Of a DNA stretch of 64,000 nt, positions 59,274 to 64,000 are shown piece after piece. The first letter of the stretch is position 1. Each line of letters begins with the position of its first letter. Source of the stretch: an uncultured Alphaproteobacteria bacterium (GTDB lineage Bacteria > Pseudomonadota > Alphaproteobacteria > UBA8366 > GCA-2717185); assembly GCA_943788635.1 (NCBI GenBank), contig CALSRA010000007.1, positions 27,035 to 91,034 on the forward strand. The letters run 5' to 3'. Below the pieces are notes generated by a model that saw nothing but the letters and a program-made list of their open reading frames with translations, made no database searches and was not told the origin of the DNA. A program made the translations under genes and the position numbers.

Positions 59274-60910
59274 ATGACCGAAAGCACATCACCCTTCCAT
59301 CCCGGTGAACGGGACATACAGGCGCGGCTGGGTATTGAAGACAAAATGCTGGAGCCCGGGCGGCGCATGATCCGAAGCACCATGCCGGAGCAGCATAAGG
59401 AATTCTACGCGCAATTACCGATGTTCTTCATCGGCGGCGCGGACGGGGGACAATCGGATCTGGGCGTCAGCTGTGACGGGAGAGCCCGGCTTCGTATCGG
59501 CAACATCCGATACCGTGCTGTCGATCAAGGCACGCCCGGTTCCTGGCGACCCGCTGTCTGACAGCCTGACCAGTGGTGCGGATATCGGGGGTCTGGGGCT
59601 TCAATTGGAAACCCGGCGGCGCAACCGCATCAACGGGCGGATCGCGAACCCGACCCGAAGCGGGTTTGATATTGCCGTCCGGCAGAGTTTTGGCAATTGT
59701 CCCAAATACATCCAGACCCGGACCTGTCAGCCGACCGATACGTTGACCGCCGCGCCACAAGCTCATACCGGCGCAGCGCTGGGCGCGGCAGAGGCCGGTA
59801 TGATTGCGGGCGCGGGACACCTTCTTCATCGCCAGCCGCTTCCACGACGAAACCGATGCCGCATTCAATGGCTTTGATGTTTCGCATCGCGGCGGACAGC
59901 CCGGCTTCGTGATTGTTTCCCATTCAAAACAACTTCTGTTTCCCGACTATGCCGGCAACCGGATGTTCAACACCCTGGGCAATATCCAGACCGATCCGCA
60001 TTGCGGGCTGCTGTTTATCGATTTCAATTCGGGCACCACGCTGCAATTGACCGGCAATGCCGAGATACTTTGGGATGACGCACATACAAAACGTTTTCCC
60101 GGCGCGCAGCGGGTCATTGTCTTCAGCATCGACGCCATGGTCCGCATCGATAACGCCCTGCCGTTGCACTGGCAATTCGGGGAAGCCTCCCCCGTTTTCA
60201 GCATGCCGGGGTTCGAGATGCCGGTGGCGCCTCCGCCACCACAGGGCAGTATGCGACTGAAAACAATCAGCATCGCAATGCCACAGGACGTTGATGGCCC
60301 GAAAGGCCGCAACCTCGCCACCGGCATTTTCAAGCAGCCGGTCGATGGCAAAATCATGTTGTCCCGGATGGGGCTGCAAGGGGACGGGCAGGCCGACCTG
60401 CGCAACCATGGTGGCAGCTTTCGCGCCGTCTATGTCTATGACACGTCACACTATGAACATTGGGCCCAGGCGCTGGAACGTGATGACTTTGCCCCCGGTC
60501 AGTTCGGCGAAAACTTCACCGTCGCCGGCATGACCGAAAGCGATATTCATATCGGCGACCGCTTCCGCATTGGCGACGCGCTGGTCGAGGTCAGCCAGCC
60601 ACGCGTTCCCTGTTTCAAGCTGACGCTGAAAATGGGTGCCGATGGATTTCACGAACAGTTTTTGAACAGCAATCGCTGCGGCTTCTATCTGCGCGTCATC
60701 GAGGAAGGTTTCGTCACCGCCGGCGATGCCATAATGCCGGTGCACCGCGACCCGGACAGCCTGAGCGTCGCGCGGGTCAACGCGTTGCTGTTCCATGACA
60801 AGGGCAATCTTGAGGGCGCGCGCCGGGCGCTTGATATCCCGGCCCTGTCGCTTGGCTGGAAAGAAAGTTTTCAGGCCCAGCTGGACAAGGCCGACCCCGC
60901 CGGTTCCTGA
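59274..60910 (+). pseudogene. PNPOx-like FMN-binding split-barrel / MOSC domain fusion protein, two apparent frameshifts
   Basis: MTESTSPFHPGERDIQARLG... starts at 59274 (ORF 59157-59561). The middle is in ORF 59473-59877. The rest is in ORF 59804-60910, with the MOSC beta-barrel (GQFGENFTVAGM...VSQPRVPCFKL). Frame changes lie near 59.46 and 59.82 kb. Confidence 0.7.
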
Positions 60911-60960
60911 CCGGCAGCGCACACCGAAAGTAAAACGGAATACGGAACAGGGAATTTTCC

Positions 60961-61728
60961 ATGGCAGACATGACAAACGAACTCGATGGCAAGGTTGCGA
61001 TCATCACCGGCAGCGCCCGAAATATCGGCCGCGCCACCGCCGAGGAACTGGCCCGCGCCGGGGCCGTCGTCGTCATCAACGCGGTGCAGGCAAAAGACCT
61101 GTGCGAGGAAGTCGCCGAAGGCATCCGCGCCAAGGGCGGCAAGGCGATCGCGGTCATGGCCGATTGCCGCAACCCGGACGACATCGAACGGATGGCCCAG
61201 GCGGCGATCCGGGAATTCGGCGGTATCGATATTCTGGTGCATAACGCCGCCACCCGGAATCCGAAATCCTTCGACGATCTGACCCGCGAGGATTTCCAGC
61301 AGGTCATCGACCTGTCGATCCTCGGCTGCTTTCATCTGGCGAAATCCACTGTGCCCTCCATGCGTAAACGCGGCGGCGGCGCGATCATCGGCGTCGGCGG
61401 GCTGAACTCCTATATCGGGCAGAAGGGGCGGTCGCACCTGATGGTCGCGAAGGCCGGGCTGAACATGTATATCCGCGGGCTCGCGCTCGATCTCGCATCC
61501 GACAACATCACCGCCAACCAGGTCGTCGTCGGCACCTACGACACGCGCGATCCGGATTCGACGATGACCGCAGAACAAATTCAGGCCCGCGCCAACAAGG
61601 TCCCGATGGGCCGCGAAGGCACGCCGCAGGACATGGCCGACCTGATCCGCTTCCTCGTTGGTCCCGGCGGCCATTACATTTCCGGCCAGACGATCCATTC
61701 CAACGGCGCGGCCTTCATGAACGCGTAG
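60961..61728 (+). CDS. Short-chain dehydrogenase/reductase family protein (atypical active-site region)
   Basis: 255 aa. TGSARNIGRA cofactor motif and HNAA. The expected YxxxK reads LMVAK (Leu at the Tyr position). Confidence 0.75.
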   Translation: MADMTNELDGKVAIITGSARNIGRATAEELARAGAVVVINAVQAKDLCEEVAEGIRAKGGKAIAVMADCRNPDDIERMAQAAIREFGGIDILVHNAATRNPKSFDDLTREDFQQVIDLSILGCFHLAKSTVPSMRKRGGGAIIGVGGLNSYIGQKGRSHLMVAKAGLNMYIRGLALDLASDNITANQVVVGTYDTRDPDSTMTAEQIQARANKVPMGREGTPQDMADLIRFLVGPGGHYISGQTIHSNGAAFMNA

Positions 61729-61753
61729 AGCATGACAGCCAGGAGACAGCCTG

Positions 61754-62068
61754 ATGTTTCATGCCATTAATCCGGACCGGGGGCTCGTGCCAACCCTGTG
61801 GATGGTCATGCTGTTTGTCTCCATTCTGGCCATGTTTGGCGTCCTGTCCGGTGCAGTGGAAATAGCGCCGGATTTCACGAAATCGATCAGACCCTACGTC
61901 TGGGATGCCACACAGCAAGTTTGGACCATGGTGCTTGGCGCATCATGGGTCGCAAGCATGATCCTGTCCTGGAAATACAAAAGGGATGTTCCAACCCAGG
62001 TTGGCGCGGCGGTCATCGCCTCTCTGCCAATGGCCGTCTCATCCTTCTATCTCGGCGCAAAACTGTAA
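61754..62068 (+). CDS. Small hypothetical membrane protein
   Basis: 104 aa with three hydrophobic segments. Confidence 0.45.
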   Translation: MFHAINPDRGLVPTLWMVMLFVSILAMFGVLSGAVEIAPDFTKSIRPYVWDATQQVWTMVLGASWVASMILSWKYKRDVPTQVGAAVIASLPMAVSSFYLGAKL

Positions 62069-62166
62069 TCCCTGCGATTGTTTCAGCCTTTTCTTCGTGT
62101 AAAACTAGCCAAACTCTGCCATTACCATTAGAAAGATCATAACAGGAACATTGATGGCTTTCTGTC

Positions 62167-63099
62167 ATGGTCGCACGGATAAATACGGTCGCGTTTCAGG
62201 GCGTGGATACGCTGGATATCGATGTGCAGGTGCAGATCGCCGGCGGCCTGCCGGCCTTCACCATTGTTGGCCTGCCCGACAAGGCGGTCGCGGAAAGCCG
62301 CGAGCGGGTGCGGTCGGCGCTGGGTGCACTGGGGCTGGCGCTGCCGCCGAAGCGGATCACGGTGAACCTGTCGCCTGCCGACGTTCTGAAGGAAGGCAGC
62401 CATTTCGACCTGCCCATCGTGCTAGGGCTGCTGGTTGCGATGGATGTGCTGCCGGGCGAGGACCTGATGGAATTCACCGCGCTGGGCGAGCTGGCGCTGG
62501 ACGGCGCGTTGACCCGTGTTGCCGGGGTGTTGCCCGCCGCCATCGGCGCCAGCGCCAACGGGCGCGGGTTGATCTGCCCGGCTGCCTGTGGCGGGGAGGC
62601 GGCCTTTGCCGGCGACATCGCGGTGCTGGCCCCGCCATCGCTGCTGGCGCTGATCAACCACTTCAAGGGCGTGCAGGTGCTGTCTCCGCCGGAACCGCAA
62701 CTGGCGGAACCGGATGCAGGCGACGGGCTCGACCTCGCCGATATCAAGGGCCAGGAAACCGCAAAGCGCGCACTCGAAATCGCAGCCGCCGGAGCACATA
62801 ACCTGCTGATGATGGGGCCACCGGGATCGGGCAAGTCGATGCTGGCCGCGCGGCTGCCGGGCATCCTGCCGCCGATGGACCCGCGCGAAGCACTGGATAT
62901 TTCCATGGTCCATTCCGTCGCCGGGCTGTTGGCGGACGGCAAGCTGAGCCGCCAGCGCCCGTTCCGCGATCCGCATCATTCGGCGTCGCTGCCTGCGATG
63001 GTCGGTGGCGGGACGAGGGCACAGCCGGGTGAAATCAGTCTCGCCCATAACGGCGTCCTGTTCCTGGACGAGCTGCCCGAATTCGCCGGCATTATGTAG
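62167..63099 (+). pseudogene. comM: ComM/YifB Mg-chelatase-like AAA+ protein, 3'-truncated (N-terminal ~306 aa only)
   Basis: [22 protein letters not shown]... N-terminus, Walker A GPPGSGKS and Walker [11 protein letters not shown]. Homology ends after codon 306 (nt 63084) and a stop follows 4 codons later. Full-length members are ~500 aa. Confidence 0.85.
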
Positions 63100-63185
63100 G
63101 AAACGCACCAAGCGTTCCGCATGTGCCCGAGTGAGGGCAGAGTGAAACATATACCATTGGCGCGTGTTCGCGCTAAGATTGCCGA

Positions 63186-63923
63186 ATGGCAAATGTTAAT
63201 TCGCGAAAATATTGGCTACGGGTCAGGCGCGAAGCCTTCACCCGTGCGTGGCGTCTAATCGTGGGGTCTACAGTCACCCTATTCTTTGCCGCTGTAAGCG
63301 TCGGCTCCCTAGTCATCGGTCTATCAGTTTTTGGGTCCCCCGACGCGGCGTTAGACGAAGTTGTTGGGCGGTCAGTCCTTGCTTTCGCCGGGTTCCTGTT
63401 TTTCTTGGGCGTATATTTGTATTTTGAACACAAGATACCGGCAGAGTGGGATTCTGAGAAACAAGACCAAATAGACAAAAAGGATCGGCAGATCTCCGAT
63501 GCGACCGTCGCCCTTGAAAAAAAGGCCGTGGAGCGTGTCGTTTTTCTCACGCTAAGCATTCTTTGGGAACGCGGGTATCGGCTGAATATAGAGAGGATCA
63601 CGCTGGATCAGTTCCCAGCATGGCTACAGAGAGTCGAGTCTTGGCGGTTTCTAACGCTAAAATATATAGCCGATAAGTTCTCTCACCAACACGCAGTTTC
63701 GTTCGGGAATACACATTACCTTTTGACTGAAAACTTCATTTTTAATGTCAGCCAAGTCCACAACAGAGAGATGCAACAACTATCTGCCCAAATAGACAAA
63801 ATCAAAGTAATATTACAGCAAAATCAAGATGCTTGGTCTACCATATCAGCGCTAGAACGGAACCAAATCAACGCTCATTTAGTCATTTTCGAGGCGCAGG
63901 CTAGAGCAGCCGATAGCAGATAA
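63186..63923 (+). CDS. Hypothetical membrane protein (first gene of lower-GC DNA after the comM breakpoint)
   Basis: 245 aa. Two N-terminal TM helices followed by a charged, coiled-coil-like region. Clearly lower GC than the preceding 63 kb. Confidence 0.5.
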   Translation: MANVNSRKYWLRVRREAFTRAWRLIVGSTVTLFFAAVSVGSLVIGLSVFGSPDAALDEVVGRSVLAFAGFLFFLGVYLYFEHKIPAEWDSEKQDQIDKKDRQISDATVALEKKAVERVVFLTLSILWERGYRLNIERITLDQFPAWLQRVESWRFLTLKYIADKFSHQHAVSFGNTHYLLTENFIFNVSQVHNREMQQLSAQIDKIKVILQQNQDAWSTISALERNQINAHLVIFEAQARAADSR

Positions 63924-64000
63924 ACACTGGACCAGAAACACCGCCGAAAAGCCCCCTCGGCTGATCTTGTTATTGATATTCGTCTCTGTCTCGTGGATTC

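Noticed and set aside
1-64000. tRNA, rRNA, CRISPR arrays, IS elements and transposase or integrase genes.
   Set aside because: I inspected every non-coding gap longer than ~80 bp (1680-1829, 5166-5262, 15244-15439, 20831-21016, 36763-36933, 38013-38243, 44013-44141, 46068-46280, 47220-47327, 58923-59273, 62069-62166, 63100-63185). None showed a cloverleaf-like structure, spaced direct repeats or terminal inverted repeats, and no ORF resembles a recombinase.

Overview
GC-rich chromosomal segment. The taxon is inferred as alphaproteobacterial, probably Rhodospirillales-like, from the hpn genes, the rph|hrcA-grpE synteny and an RpoH-type promoter. I recognised no rRNA, tRNA or CRISPR array.

Layout:
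- 0-15.2 kb: a complete hopanoid (hpn) locus in two convergent, tightly coupled gene sets. The plus set is hpnN, a nucleotidyltransferase, a CDP-alcohol phosphotransferase, hpnA, an hpnL-like gene, ispH and hpnH. The minus set is a PhyH-like dioxygenase, hpnB, hpnC, hpnD, hpnE, shc and hpnG.
- 15.4-20.8 kb: a PAS histidine kinase, a methyltransferase, and a small cNMP-binding protein coupled to an unusual 885-aa ABC half-transporter.
- 21.0-33.7 kb: eleven co-directional, almost gap-free genes. They encode four glycosyltransferases, a histidine phosphatase, a deacetylase-like protein, a membrane protein and a Yej/Dpp-type ABC importer.
- 33.7-41 kb: an MBL hydrolase-methyltransferase-adenylate cyclase operon, two homologous half-size permeases, a Rossmann-type protein and a TauD-family dioxygenase.
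- 41-60 kb: a housekeeping and heat-shock region (amidase, dnaJ, dnaK, grpE, hrcA, rph, rdgB, hemW, LpoA-like, rsmI, yraN, BON lipoprotein, gshB and others).
- 62.2-63.1 kb: comM/yifB stops mid-gene and is followed by visibly lower-GC DNA.

Most noteworthy:
- The hpn locus carries three genes outside the named hpn set, which suggest a new polar hopanoid head group and a hopanoid hydroxylation step.
- The ABC protein has a ~280-aa insertion in its ATPase domain and substituted catalytic residues.
- Twelve genes between 41.8 and 59.8 kb are broken by roughly three dozen single-base frame changes, while interspersed genes stay intact. This is most likely indel-type sequence error, but it is unusually patchy.
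- The comM truncation looks like the edge of an inserted genomic island that continues beyond the window.
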